The notes under the pieces were generated by a model. The model ran no database searches, had not been told where the DNA came from, and saw only the letters and a list, made by a program, of their open reading frames with translations. A stretch of DNA of 58,598 nucleotides from an uncultured Clostridiaceae bacterium. Its GTDB lineage: Bacteria; Bacillota_I; Bacilli_A; RFN20; CAG-288. Where the stretch lies: positions 1-58,598 of the forward strand of contig CAYRUQ010000006.1 in the NCBI GenBank assembly GCA_964427595.1, in the 5' to 3' direction. Position 1 is the first letter of the stretch, and each line of letters opens with the position of its first letter. Shown here in pieces: positions 9,515-18,452 of the stretch. Made by a program: the position numbers and the translations under genes.

Positions 9515-11193
9515 GTTATTTCCTCCAAATGTTTATTTATAAACTGATAAGTTCTATCAGCTATAGCCATAGTTGATTTCCGATGAGAGACGAGGATGAA
9601 GCTCTTCTTGTTCTTCTGTTTGACAAGCGAATTTAAGATGATGCCTTCATTGATGCTGTCGACATTGGAAGTCGGTTCATCAAGAAGAATCAATTCTCTT
9701 CCTGAGAGGAAAGCTCTCGCTAGTCCGATACGCTGTTTTTCACCGGCGGAGAGATTATCTTCAAAGCACCCCACTTTGGTTTGATAACCATCAGGAAGCG
9801 AGATGATGAAGTCATGGATTGAAGCTTGTTTACAGGCATCTTGTATCTCTTCTAAGGTGGCATCTGGTTTAGCTATTCTTAGATTTTCTTCAATCGTCTC
9901 ATCGAAGAGATAAGTGCTTTGAGGAACTAGAGTGATGTTATCTAATAAAGAAGATGTGTTGATATTTTCGATGTCGATATCATTGAATTTGATGCTTCCT
10001 GAATCCTTTTTATAGAACCTTAATAATAGTTTTAGGATCGTCGATTTTCCAGATCCACTCTCTCCAACAATTCCGACTATTTCACCTTTACTTGCGTGAA
10101 GATTAATATTTTCAAGGACTTGATCATTCTCGTCATAAGAGAAGGAGAGATTCTCGATTTTTAAGTTCTCGTATTTGAAATCATTTTGACCTTTGATTTC
10201 ATTAACGGCAGGTTTCTCTTCAAGAAGATTGAGAACTCTATCTCCGCTAGCGAAAGTTTGATTGAGATTGCTAGGAAGATTAGAGATAGCGATGACAGGA
10301 CCAAAGCTAGAAGAAATGGTGACAACACCGATGATCATGTATCCGATTGATACTTGATCAAAGAGAGAAAGAATGATACCGACGATTAGAGTCACACCGA
10401 TACAGATAGAGACGACGACATCAGTCAAAGCACTATTTTTAGTGGTCTCATCTCTTTGTTTTTTCGTCTCTTTCAGAAGTTCAATTGAACGATTATTGAC
10501 TTGTTCTTCTCTCTTCTTTTCATTGTTATTCAAGATGATGTCTTTGATACCCATGATGCTATCGAGATAGTAGGCATTAAATGAGGCAAGCTCTTTTCTG
10601 TATTTGACACCTGATTCTTTCAGTCTCTTAGAGGCGATTAAAGGAAGAAGGATTGAAATGACTAAGTAAGCGACTAATGCGACTAGTGCTAAATACCAAG
10701 TGGAGATGAAACCGACGAAGAGGAATGTAGCAAGAGAGACAAGAAATGCGATGCAGATAGGAGAGATAGTATGAGCATAGAAGACCTCTAAAGTCTCGAT
10801 ATCAGAAGTTAGCATCGAGATTAAGGATCCTTTTTGTTTAGTTTCAAGTTTAGCGGGAGCTAGTATTCTCAAAGCTTTGAAGATCTTGTCTCTTAAGACA
10901 GCTAATAATTTGAAAGCGATGTAGTGATTCGAGTATTGCTCAATGAATCTTAATAGTCCTCTTAAAGCTCCACATCCAACACATAATCCGATGATCCATT
11001 CCCAAGAGAGAGCGATGCTCTCACCAAGAGCTTTAGCGATACCGAAAGCCCCAAAGACAGTCACTCCCATCGCACAGATATAACCTAAGCTTCCATTGAT
11101 GACAGCCAAGAGCATGACATAGGCAAGGGAACCAAGAAGGAGGATCAAAGAGAACATGATCTTGAGGCCACTTCGACGAAGTTTCTCTTTCAT
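9508..11193 (-). CDS. ABC transporter permease/ATP-binding protein (CydC-like)
   Basis: TMD plus NBD: EQYSNHYIAF, DIETLEVFYAHTISP, GESGSGKS, LSAGEKQR, LLDEPT. Confidence 0.88.
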   Translation of the reverse strand: MKEKLRRSGLKIMFSLILLLGSLAYVMLLAVINGSLGYICAMGVTVFGAFGIAKALGESIALSWEWIIGLCVGCGALRGLLRFIEQYSNHYIAFKLLAVLRDKIFKALRILAPAKLETKQKGSLISMLTSDIETLEVFYAHTISPICIAFLVSLATFLFVGFISTWYLALVALVAYLVISILLPLIASKRLKESGVKYRKELASFNAYYLDSIMGIKDIILNNNEKKREEQVNNRSIELLKETKKQRDETTKNSALTDVVVSICIGVTLIVGIILSLFDQVSIGYMIIGVVTISSSFGPVIAISNLPSNLNQTFASGDRVLNLLEEKPAVNEIKGQNDFKYENLKIENLSFSYDENDQVLENINLHASKGEIVGIVGESGSGKSTILKLLLRFYKKDSGSIKFNDIDIENINTSSLLDNITLVPQSTYLFDETIEENLRIAKPDATLEEIQDACKQASIHDFIISLPDGYQTKVGCFEDNLSAGEKQRIGLARAFLSGRELILLDEPTSNVDSINEGIILNSLVKQKNKKSFILVSHRKSTMAIADRTYQFINKHLEEITC

Positions 11194-12929
11194 AAAGCCA
11201 CCTCCAAAGTCTTCTTATAGCCTTCTTCAAGTTCTTTTTGAGTGCTATACAAAGTGAAGTATCCTTCCTTTTTAGTGAGCAAATCTTGATGAGTGCCTTC
11301 TTCAGTTAACCTTCCGTTTTCAAGATAGTAGATATGATCTGCTTGAACAACATTCTCAAGTCGATGAGAGATGAGAAGAACGCTCTTTGTCTCTCTAAGT
11401 TTTCTGATATTGTTCATGATGATCTCTTCGCTATCGACATCGATATTGGAAGTAGCTTCATCAAAGATATAGATATCTTTATCAGCGACTAAGTTGATAG
11501 CTAAGGCTAATCTTTGTTTTTCACCACCTGACATATTGCTAGCATTTTCTTCAATCTTGTTATCAAGTCCGAAAGAGTCGAGGATGAAGTGTTCAAGATT
11601 GACTTTTCTAAGTGCATCTCTTATCTCTTCTTCAGTGACGTCATCTTTAGCCATTTTAAAGTTGGCTCTCACTGTATCATTGAAAATATAGGTATCGTAT
11701 CTGATAACAGCGATATGTGAATAGAATGATTCTCTCTTTAAAGTGGTGATATCATCTCCTCCGATTAAAACCTCACCTTTTTGAGGGTGATGAGCACCGG
11801 TGAACAAGGAGACGATCGTGCTTTTACCACTTCCGCTTTTTCCGACTATCGCTGTCATCTTGTTTTTAGGAATGACGATGTTGATATCACTTAAAACATC
11901 TCTTTTACCATCATAGGAGAAGGTGACATCCTTCAAACTCATCGTCGTATCTTCAACTTCCTTATCACCCCAGATAGGATCGGGCATGTTAAGAAGATTG
12001 AGGATCTTTCTTCCAGCACTGACTCCGTTCATAGCTACATGGAAGGCACTTCCTAAAGCTCTCATCGGAAGGAAGAATTCAACAGCGATGAGAATCAAAA
12101 ACAGACAAGAAGCCATATCAGTGAGATATCCGCTAGAGAGATCTAATATCGCAACGGCGATTCCAGCACCAGCTGCTCCATAAGCGACTAAATCCATGAT
12201 CGTAGTAGAAGCAAGCTGCATGATTAGAACCTTCATCGTCACCTTGCGGAAGTCTTCAGCATAGACATTGAGTTTCTCATTTTGTCTTTTATCAGCTTTG
12301 AAGATTTTTAATTCCGTGAGACCTCTGATGCTGTCTAAGAACTTATCTCCCATAGATGTGTAAATTCCCCAGTATTTAGCGAAGATACGCTTGGCATATT
12401 TGCTGACAGCGACGATAGACATCGGGATGAGAGGAACACAGCAAAGAAGAATCAAAGAGACTCTCCAATCGATTGATACATTGAAACAAAAGAGAATGAT
12501 AGGAGCTAGAAGAGCATAGAAGAATTGAGGTAAATAGGTTGAATAATAGATGTCTAATTGTTCAACACCCTCGATTGATATTTGAGTGAGACCAGACATC
12601 GCCATGTCATTAGTGCTTTGTAAACCAAGAGAGATGATTTTCTTATAAGTTTTCTCTCTCAAATCTTTTTTGACATGTCTTCCTAAGGAATCTTTTAAAG
12701 AACCAGTCACCCTTGAACATATATATCTTAAGATGATCCCTAAAAGAAGAAGGATGGCCGGATAGATATAGACATAAGTGGTGACTTTATCGATGGCGTA
12801 AGCGATAGCCCAACAGATGCTGATCGTGATAGAGGTGTTAGCAAGAAGAGAGATGACCATCACCAAAACAGTCAAGAACACATATTTCTTATTCGGCCCT
12901 AACAATTTCAATAAATCTTTATCAATCAT
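11190..12929 (-). CDS. ABC transporter permease/ATP-binding protein (CydD-like)
   Basis: EGVEQLDIYY..YLPQFFY, EFFLPMRALGSAFH, GKSGSGKS, MSGGEKQR, FDEATSNID. Confidence 0.88.
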   Translation of the reverse strand: MIDKDLLKLLGPNKKYVFLTVLVMVISLLANTSITISICWAIAYAIDKVTTYVYIYPAILLLLGIILRYICSRVTGSLKDSLGRHVKKDLREKTYKKIISLGLQSTNDMAMSGLTQISIEGVEQLDIYYSTYLPQFFYALLAPIILFCFNVSIDWRVSLILLCCVPLIPMSIVAVSKYAKRIFAKYWGIYTSMGDKFLDSIRGLTELKIFKADKRQNEKLNVYAEDFRKVTMKVLIMQLASTTIMDLVAYGAAGAGIAVAILDLSSGYLTDMASCLFLILIAVEFFLPMRALGSAFHVAMNGVSAGRKILNLLNMPDPIWGDKEVEDTTMSLKDVTFSYDGKRDVLSDINIVIPKNKMTAIVGKSGSGKSTIVSLFTGAHHPQKGEVLIGGDDITTLKRESFYSHIAVIRYDTYIFNDTVRANFKMAKDDVTEEEIRDALRKVNLEHFILDSFGLDNKIEENASNMSGGEKQRLALAINLVADKDIYIFDEATSNIDVDSEEIIMNNIRKLRETKSVLLISHRLENVVQADHIYYLENGRLTEEGTHQDLLTKKEGYFTLYSTQKELEEGYKKTLEVAL

Positions 12930-13293
12930 GTTTTTCAGCCTCTTGTTTCTTCAACATTTTTTTGTATTTAATCATTTGAAAAACATGAGAAAAAGCGAAT
13001 ATCGGATGTGTGAATGTAAGCCTTGGACCACTATATCTCATCACGGCTCTGATCTGTTCTTTGAAAGGTGGTTGATAACAGTGAATCTTGCAGAAAGAAC
13101 AGAACTTTTTATTTTTCTTAAAAGGACAGACTTTTAGTCTGAAGGCTGCATACTCAGTCAGTTTCTGGCATTCATCACAGATGTTTTTACCCTTAGTGTG
13201 ATGATAGTGATGACAATATTTTCTGATCATCACTGGTATCAGCTTCTTTTCTCTTTCCCAGGCTTTCAGTTCTGTTGCTGTCTTTTCTTTCAT
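12922..13293 (-). CDS. ygbA: YgbA family Cys/His-rich protein (nitrous oxide-stimulated promoter family)
   Basis: REKK..MI..YC..HH, C.EC, YA..RL..CP, FCS.CKIHCY, VMRYSGPR...HP signature; ATG at 13293. Confidence 0.85.
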   Translation of the reverse strand: MKEKTATELKAWEREKKLIPVMIRKYCHHYHHTKGKNICDECQKLTEYAAFRLKVCPFKKNKKFCSFCKIHCYQPPFKEQIRAVMRYSGPRLTFTHPIFAFSHVFQMIKYKKMLKKQEAEKHD

Positions 13294-13324
13294 GTTGTTC
13301 AAACTAAATTAATTTACCATTTTT

Positions 13325-13362
13325 GTTAACCTAGGTAAATAAAAAAGATAACTAAAGTTAAC
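13325..13362. promoter_or_regulatory. Tandem imperfect 16-bp palindromes (consensus GTTAAC-N4-GTTAAC) 22 bp apart; putative DtxR/SloR-family operator
   Basis: GTTAACCTAGGTAAAT (13325-13340) and GATAACTAAAGTTAAC (13347-13362), overlapping the predicted -35 of the ygbA-ABC-ECF operon. Confidence 0.55.
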
Positions 13363-13501
13363 TGATTTACTAATATAGAAAGAACAATTTTCGTTTCGTT
13401 ATTTTGAATGAGAATTATGGTTTTTAGAAGTATTTCAGACACGCAAAAACATGCTTTAGAGCGATGGTTTTATATAAAAAATCGATATTTCGAGATACAT
13501 G

Positions 13502-13574
13502 TGGACCTGACGAGGATCGAACTCGCTACCTCTTCGTTGCGAACGAAGCGCTCTCCCAGATGAGCTACAGGCCC
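13502..13574 (-). tRNA. tRNA-Ala (anticodon CGC), 3' CCA not encoded
   Basis: Cloverleaf GGGCCTG/CAGGTCC with G3:U70 Ala identity pair, anticodon arm CTTCG-TTCGCAA-CGAAG, GTTCGATCC T-loop; own promoter TTGATA-17-TAATAT. Confidence 0.97.
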
Positions 13575-13608
13575 GTGAGAGAAATATTAGCAAAAAACCT
13601 TGTTTTTA

Positions 13609-14112
13609 TCAATCTTCAGTAAGGTTAATCGCACTCTTATAAGCCTTTATCAAACTGGCTATTGTGCATCTTGTATTTGCTGGTGAAGTAGAGGGAACCA
13701 TTCTATATTCAACACTTTTAATCGGATGAAGAAGTTTTAAATATAGTTCGTTTGCTTTACTTCCATTAACAAGGATTATTTTGATGGGATGAGAGTTGAC
13801 TAAACTAGCGATGTCGTTAGGAACTACATTCTTGATGGAGTTATCTGAGCTACCTTTTATCTCGCATTCTTTAACAACATCAAAAAGAGCGATTTTATGT
13901 TTCCTTAAAAACAGTTTTCTTTCTTCAGTGGTTATAGGTTCTTCTTCATCAAAGACACCAGCTAGGACTTTGAAGAAACGATTTCTTGGATTAGCATAGT
14001 AAAACTCAGCTTTTCTAGATAAAACAGATGGGAAAGAACCTAAAATTAGGATCTCACTATCCTCATTGATGAATGGCTCAAGACCATGTTTAATCTCAGT
14101 TTCAAAACTCAT
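13609..14112 (-). CDS. DNA-deoxyinosine glycosylase (MUG/UDG family 6)
   Basis: LILGSFPS..S, FYYANPRNRF, GSSD..I, NG..A, PSTSPAN. Confidence 0.9.
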   Translation of the reverse strand: MSFETEIKHGLEPFINEDSEILILGSFPSVLSRKAEFYYANPRNRFFKVLAGVFDEEEPITTEERKLFLRKHKIALFDVVKECEIKGSSDNSIKNVVPNDIASLVNSHPIKIILVNGSKANELYLKLLHPIKSVEYRMVPSTSPANTRCTIASLIKAYKSAINLTED

Positions 14113-14237
14113 AACAACATTATAATGAGGCGGCTAAAGAGCATCAATTTGTGGAAGAAATGCCATATTTTGTGCCGTATATGTTCTTTAGGTTTTGTTT
14201 TGCTTATCTGCTTAATTGTCTATGATAAAATAGGGAC

Positions 14238-14867
14238 ATGAAACAAGGTTTACTAATCATTCTGTCAGGGCCTTCTGGCGTCGGAAAAGGCGCACTTAGA
14301 AAAAAATTGATGAAGGAGAACGATCTCGGTCTCGTCTTCTCCGTCTCGATGACCACACGATCTAAAAGACCGAAAGAAATCAACGGAAAAGAGTATTATT
14401 TCGTCAGTCACTATGAATTTCTTAAACATATTGATGACAATGATTTCATCGAATATGTCAAATATGTTGATAATTACTATGGAACACCTAAAGGCTTTGT
14501 TGATAAAAAGTTGGCTGAAGGTAAGAATGTTCTTTTAGAGATTGAAGTGGAAGGTGCTACTCAAGTCATGGAACAATATCGTGGCATGTACACTTTAGCT
14601 ATCTTCCTTGTACCTCCTTCTATGGAAGAACTCGAAAAGAGAATTCGTTTCCGCCATAGTGAGGATGATGAAGAAGTCTTTAGAAGACTTGAGAAAGCTT
14701 CTAAAGAATTGGTGATGAAAGATCAATATGATGTCTGTCTCACCAATTACACAATCAATAAAACAGCTATTCGCTTTAAACAAGCTGTCAATAATCGTTT
14801 AAAATATATCGAAGCAGTTGAAAATGGAGGAGAGATTCCCCAAGATTACATTATTAAAAGGAATTGA
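14238..14867 (+). CDS. gmk: Guanylate kinase
   Basis: LSGPSGVGKG, SVSMTTR..R..E..G.EY.F, NYYGTP, LEIEVEGA, PPS; directly upstream of priA. Confidence 0.9.
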   Translation: MKQGLLIILSGPSGVGKGALRKKLMKENDLGLVFSVSMTTRSKRPKEINGKEYYFVSHYEFLKHIDDNDFIEYVKYVDNYYGTPKGFVDKKLAEGKNVLLEIEVEGATQVMEQYRGMYTLAIFLVPPSMEELEKRIRFRHSEDDEEVFRRLEKASKELVMKDQYDVCLTNYTINKTAIRFKQAVNNRLKYIEAVENGGEIPQDYIIKRN

Positions 14868-17086
14868 TGTTTTATCTTGTAAAAGTTCTGATAGGTAGAT
14901 CTGTCATCGCCTTAGATCGTTTTTTTGATTATTACTCCTTCGATGATTCTTATCATGCCGGAATGAGAGTTCTGGTTCCTTTTGGTAACTCTGCGTCTAC
15001 TGTCGGTTTTGTTTTAGAAGAACCGACTTTAGTTGACTCTACACCTGAAGAATATGCGAAAGCTCATAATCTCACTAAACTTGTTAAAATCAAAGGTCCA
15101 GTTGATGATTTTTCCATTCTTTCTCCTGAGCTTATCAAACTAGCTTATAAGATGAAAGATAAGTATAAAGCTGACTTGATTAAAATATTAGATACATTCT
15201 TCCCACCATCTTTAAAGCCGAGAGATTCTGCTTTAAATAAGCCACAAGCTAGATATGCCCAGTTTGTTAAAATAGTAGAAGATGCTAATGTTTCTTTAAC
15301 TAAGAAAGAAGCTGAACTTTTTGAGAAGATAGCAGCTAGTAAAGATGGTATAAGGAAGAGTCGTATCACTGCTAAAAAAGCTTTAGAAAAACTTCTTGAG
15401 AAGAAGGCTGTCGTAATAGAAGATGTCCCTCTTTCAAGAATTCCAGAGATGGAGATAGCTAATGCTAAGCCATTTGATTTGACTTTAGATCAACAAAAAG
15501 CCTATGAAGAAATCTCTAATAGTGATAAACCAGTCCTTCTTTATGGAGTCACTGGTTCTGGCAAGACAGAAGTTTATTTAAAGCTCGCTGAAGAATGCGT
15601 AAGACAAGGAAAAGGTGTTTTGATCCTTGTTCCTGAAATCATCTTGACTGATAGGATGAGTGAGCTGTTTTCATCCTATTTCAAAGAGAGCATCTCGGTT
15701 TTACATTCATCTTTATCAGACGCTAGAAAGTATGACGAATATAGGCGATTGATCTTTTCAGAAAGTAGGATCGTTTTAGGAACAAGATCGGCGATTTTCG
15801 CACCTGTTCAAAACTTAGGACTGATCATCATCGATGAAGAGCACTCCTCTAGTTATAAGCAAGACAATACACCATTTTATGATGCTATCACTGTCGCATC
15901 GATGCGTAAGGAGATAGAAGGAGCGAAAGTTGTTCTTGGCTCAGCTACCCCTCGTATCATCGACATGGCTAGAGCGGATAGAAATATCTATCAAAAAGTC
16001 ACGATGGATAAGAGATATTCACTCAATCAAGAATGCGATGTCTCTTTCATCGATATGAACGACTCTAAGAATCTTGATTTCAACACTTCTGTTTTATTTT
16101 CCATTCCTCTTCAAAAAGCGATTGAGGAAAACTTGAATAAGCATCAGCAGACGATGCTTCTCATCAACAGAAGAGGATATTCACCTATCTATCGTTGCTC
16201 TAATTGTTTAAAGACTATCAAATGCCCCAATTGTAATATCCCACTTAGTTATCACAAGAGAGATGACACTTTAAGATGCCATCATTGCGGATATCAAGAA
16301 AGTACGATTGATTTAACTTGCGAGTGCGGTGGTAAAGAATTTACTAAGCTTGGTTATGGAACAGAAAGGACATTTGTCGAATTAAAATCTCTCTTTCCCA
16401 ATGCTAAGATTCACAGGTTAGATTCCGATGTCTCTTCTAATAGAGTGAGACATGAAGTCTTAGAGGAATTTGCTGAAGGAGATGCTGATATCATCGTCGG
16501 GACTCAGATCATCGCCAAAGGACATGATTTTCCTAGAGTCACTCTAGCTGCTGTTTTAGATGCTGATACTTCTATCACTATCCCTAGTTATATGGCTAAC
16601 GAAAACACCTTTGATTTGATATCTCAATTTGCTGGCAGGGCCGGAAGAGCGAATCTCAAAGGAAAAGTCATCATTCAAACCACTTGTCCACAAAACAGAG
16701 TTCTTCTTTTAGCAGCCAAACAGGATTACGATACTTTCTATCAATTAGAGATGGAAGAGAGAAAGAAATATCAATACCCACCTTATGTTTATCTAGTCAA
16801 TATAGTCATCAAAGGTTTCAATAAAAACAAAGTCGCTGACATCGCATATGACCTTAAAAACATGTTTGTTGAGAGGCTTTCTGAAAGAAAAGCGAGAGCT
16901 AATATTTATGGTCCTTCTATCCCTTATATTCCTTATATCAATGGACGATATTACCGGCAAATATTGATAAAATATAAGGTATGGGAGGAGATTTCTCCTA
17001 TCCTTGACGATATCAAAACTATCAGGCTTGCCAATGAGGATGTCGATATTCTGATCGATATTGATCCGGGTGGTGAAGCTATCTAG
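14867..17086 (+). CDS. priA: Primosomal protein N' helicase
   Basis: GVTGSGKTEVY, LVPEI, IIDEEH, GSATP, NRRGY, four CxxC-type Zn motifs, GTQIIAKGHDFP, GRAGR, DIDP. Confidence 0.97.
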   Translation: MFYLVKVLIGRSVIALDRFFDYYSFDDSYHAGMRVLVPFGNSASTVGFVLEEPTLVDSTPEEYAKAHNLTKLVKIKGPVDDFSILSPELIKLAYKMKDKYKADLIKILDTFFPPSLKPRDSALNKPQARYAQFVKIVEDANVSLTKKEAELFEKIAASKDGIRKSRITAKKALEKLLEKKAVVIEDVPLSRIPEMEIANAKPFDLTLDQQKAYEEISNSDKPVLLYGVTGSGKTEVYLKLAEECVRQGKGVLILVPEIILTDRMSELFSSYFKESISVLHSSLSDARKYDEYRRLIFSESRIVLGTRSAIFAPVQNLGLIIIDEEHSSSYKQDNTPFYDAITVASMRKEIEGAKVVLGSATPRIIDMARADRNIYQKVTMDKRYSLNQECDVSFIDMNDSKNLDFNTSVLFSIPLQKAIEENLNKHQQTMLLINRRGYSPIYRCSNCLKTIKCPNCNIPLSYHKRDDTLRCHHCGYQESTIDLTCECGGKEFTKLGYGTERTFVELKSLFPNAKIHRLDSDVSSNRVRHEVLEEFAEGDADIIVGTQIIAKGHDFPRVTLAAVLDADTSITIPSYMANENTFDLISQFAGRAGRANLKGKVIIQTTCPQNRVLLLAAKQDYDTFYQLEMEERKKYQYPPYVYLVNIVIKGFNKNKVADIAYDLKNMFVERLSERKARANIYGPSIPYIPYINGRYYRQILIKYKVWEEISPILDDIKTIRLANEDVDILIDIDPGGEAI

Positions 17087-17097
17087 GAGGAAAAGAA

Positions 17098-17661
17098 ATG
17101 ATCTTAATATCACTGTTAGGAATGGATATGTATCAAGCCATCGACTTCAGTCGAAAGCTTCATGATCCTTTAGTCAAAGCTTTCGGTTGCTCAGATGATG
17201 ACCTCAATTTCTATGCTCCTTCTTCTTTTCTCATTCATAACGGAACAGAGCAGACTTCCTTTTGGATTGAAGTGAGAGTTATCGCTAGTGATGAGTATCG
17301 TCACTGCCAAGAGAGAGTCAGTGAAATACTAGTCAAAGCTTTGGATGACGTCTCTGTTCATCAACACATCATCTTCTCTTATTTTGATGAAGATAGTGAA
17401 GTTATCCATACCGATCCTGATTATCCTCTCTACATGACTGATTCAAATACAGTCAGAGCTGAAGAGCATCATCACAATGAAGATGAAGAGGAAGAAGATT
17501 TAGAAGAAGAACCCTATTATGGAGCTATCATCTCTCAGTTTGATGAATACATCAAAGAACATCCTGATGCTACAAACAGAGAAATCTATGAAGTACTAGC
17601 TGGTATCAGAGAAGAAATAACAGCTAGAAATAAAGATAGCAAAGGCGAAGATGAGGACTAA
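17098..17661 (+). CDS. Hypothetical protein; tautomerase/DUF1904-like N-terminal domain plus His/Glu-rich tail
   Basis: Strong AGGAGG RBS, co-transcribed with priA; fold assignment tentative. Confidence 0.7.
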   Translation: MILISLLGMDMYQAIDFSRKLHDPLVKAFGCSDDDLNFYAPSSFLIHNGTEQTSFWIEVRVIASDEYRHCQERVSEILVKALDDVSVHQHIIFSYFDEDSEVIHTDPDYPLYMTDSNTVRAEEHHHNEDEEEEDLEEEPYYGAIISQFDEYIKEHPDATNREIYEVLAGIREEITARNKDSKGEDED

Positions 17662-17721
17662 AAGCTTACTGACCAAAGCTCTTATTTTCGTATATAATTT
17701 GAATTAAAGAGGTACCCATTT

Positions 17722-18402
17722 ATGGATGATTCCGTTTTCGATAAACTTATAGTTTCTGATCCTAACCACCCATCATTTAAGGATCTTTCTGCGTTATTCT
17801 CTGACAAGGAAGCTTTCCACTATTCGATTGAGCGTATGGTAGGAAGACTGACCCCGCTGGATAAGAGAATCACGAAGATCGTCTGTCCGACTGGCGATAC
17901 AACTTTCGCCTCTGCTTTAGCTTATAGACTAGGTTTAGGATTGATTGTTTTAAATCCTTATGATGGTCTTATTTCTCAAGGTGAGTTTTTAACACCAGAA
18001 GATGGTGTTTTAATCGTCGGCTCCGCTATCTGCGGTGGGTCTCTTTACTTCTCTATGTTCTCTATCATCAATGATATGGGAGCTAAGGTTTTAGGTTTTG
18101 CTTTTCTAATTGAAAAGGTTCCTCATCGTGGTCGTTTCAAACTTCTTGATTCGATCTCAACTGAGCTTCCTTTAGGTGTTATCACGATCGTTAAGTATGG
18201 AGTCACAGTCGGCAACTTTGTTCGCTTTGATTGTTCAGCTAACGGACTTGGAATCCGTGAATTTAGAGTCCTCTCAGTCAAAGATGATGAGATAGGTGTC
18301 AAATGGCTTGATGGTCCTGTTCCTTGTGAGAAACTCTTCCCAAAGACGAGGATTATCGAAGCTTCCTTCGACAAGAAGTTCTGGTACAAATATCGAGCAT
18401 AA
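17722..18402 (+). CDS. Degenerate adenine phosphoribosyltransferase-like protein with C-terminal extension
   Basis: FKDLSAL, FASALAYRLGLG and GAKVLGFAFLIE..GR..L match APRT; PRPP loop is VLIVGSAICGG instead of VLIVDDxxATGG. Confidence 0.7.
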   Translation: MDDSVFDKLIVSDPNHPSFKDLSALFSDKEAFHYSIERMVGRLTPLDKRITKIVCPTGDTTFASALAYRLGLGLIVLNPYDGLISQGEFLTPEDGVLIVGSAICGGSLYFSMFSIINDMGAKVLGFAFLIEKVPHRGRFKLLDSISTELPLGVITIVKYGVTVGNFVRFDCSANGLGIREFRVLSVKDDEIGVKWLDGPVPCEKLFPKTRIIEASFDKKFWYKYRA

Positions 18403-18403
18403 T

Positions 18404-18437
18404 AAAAGCCGCTTCCTAACTCGGAAGCGGTCTTTTT
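18404..18437. terminator. Bidirectional intrinsic terminator
   Basis: CCGCTTCC-TAACTC-GGAAGCGG stem with flanking A- and T-runs between convergent genes. Confidence 0.85.
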
Positions 18438-18452
18438 AATCAATCTATAACT

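Noticed and set aside
5672-13574. ABC/ECF cluster as an island integrated at the tRNA-Ala 3' end
   Set aside because: No integrase, no duplicate of the tRNA 3' end seen, and host-like codon usage
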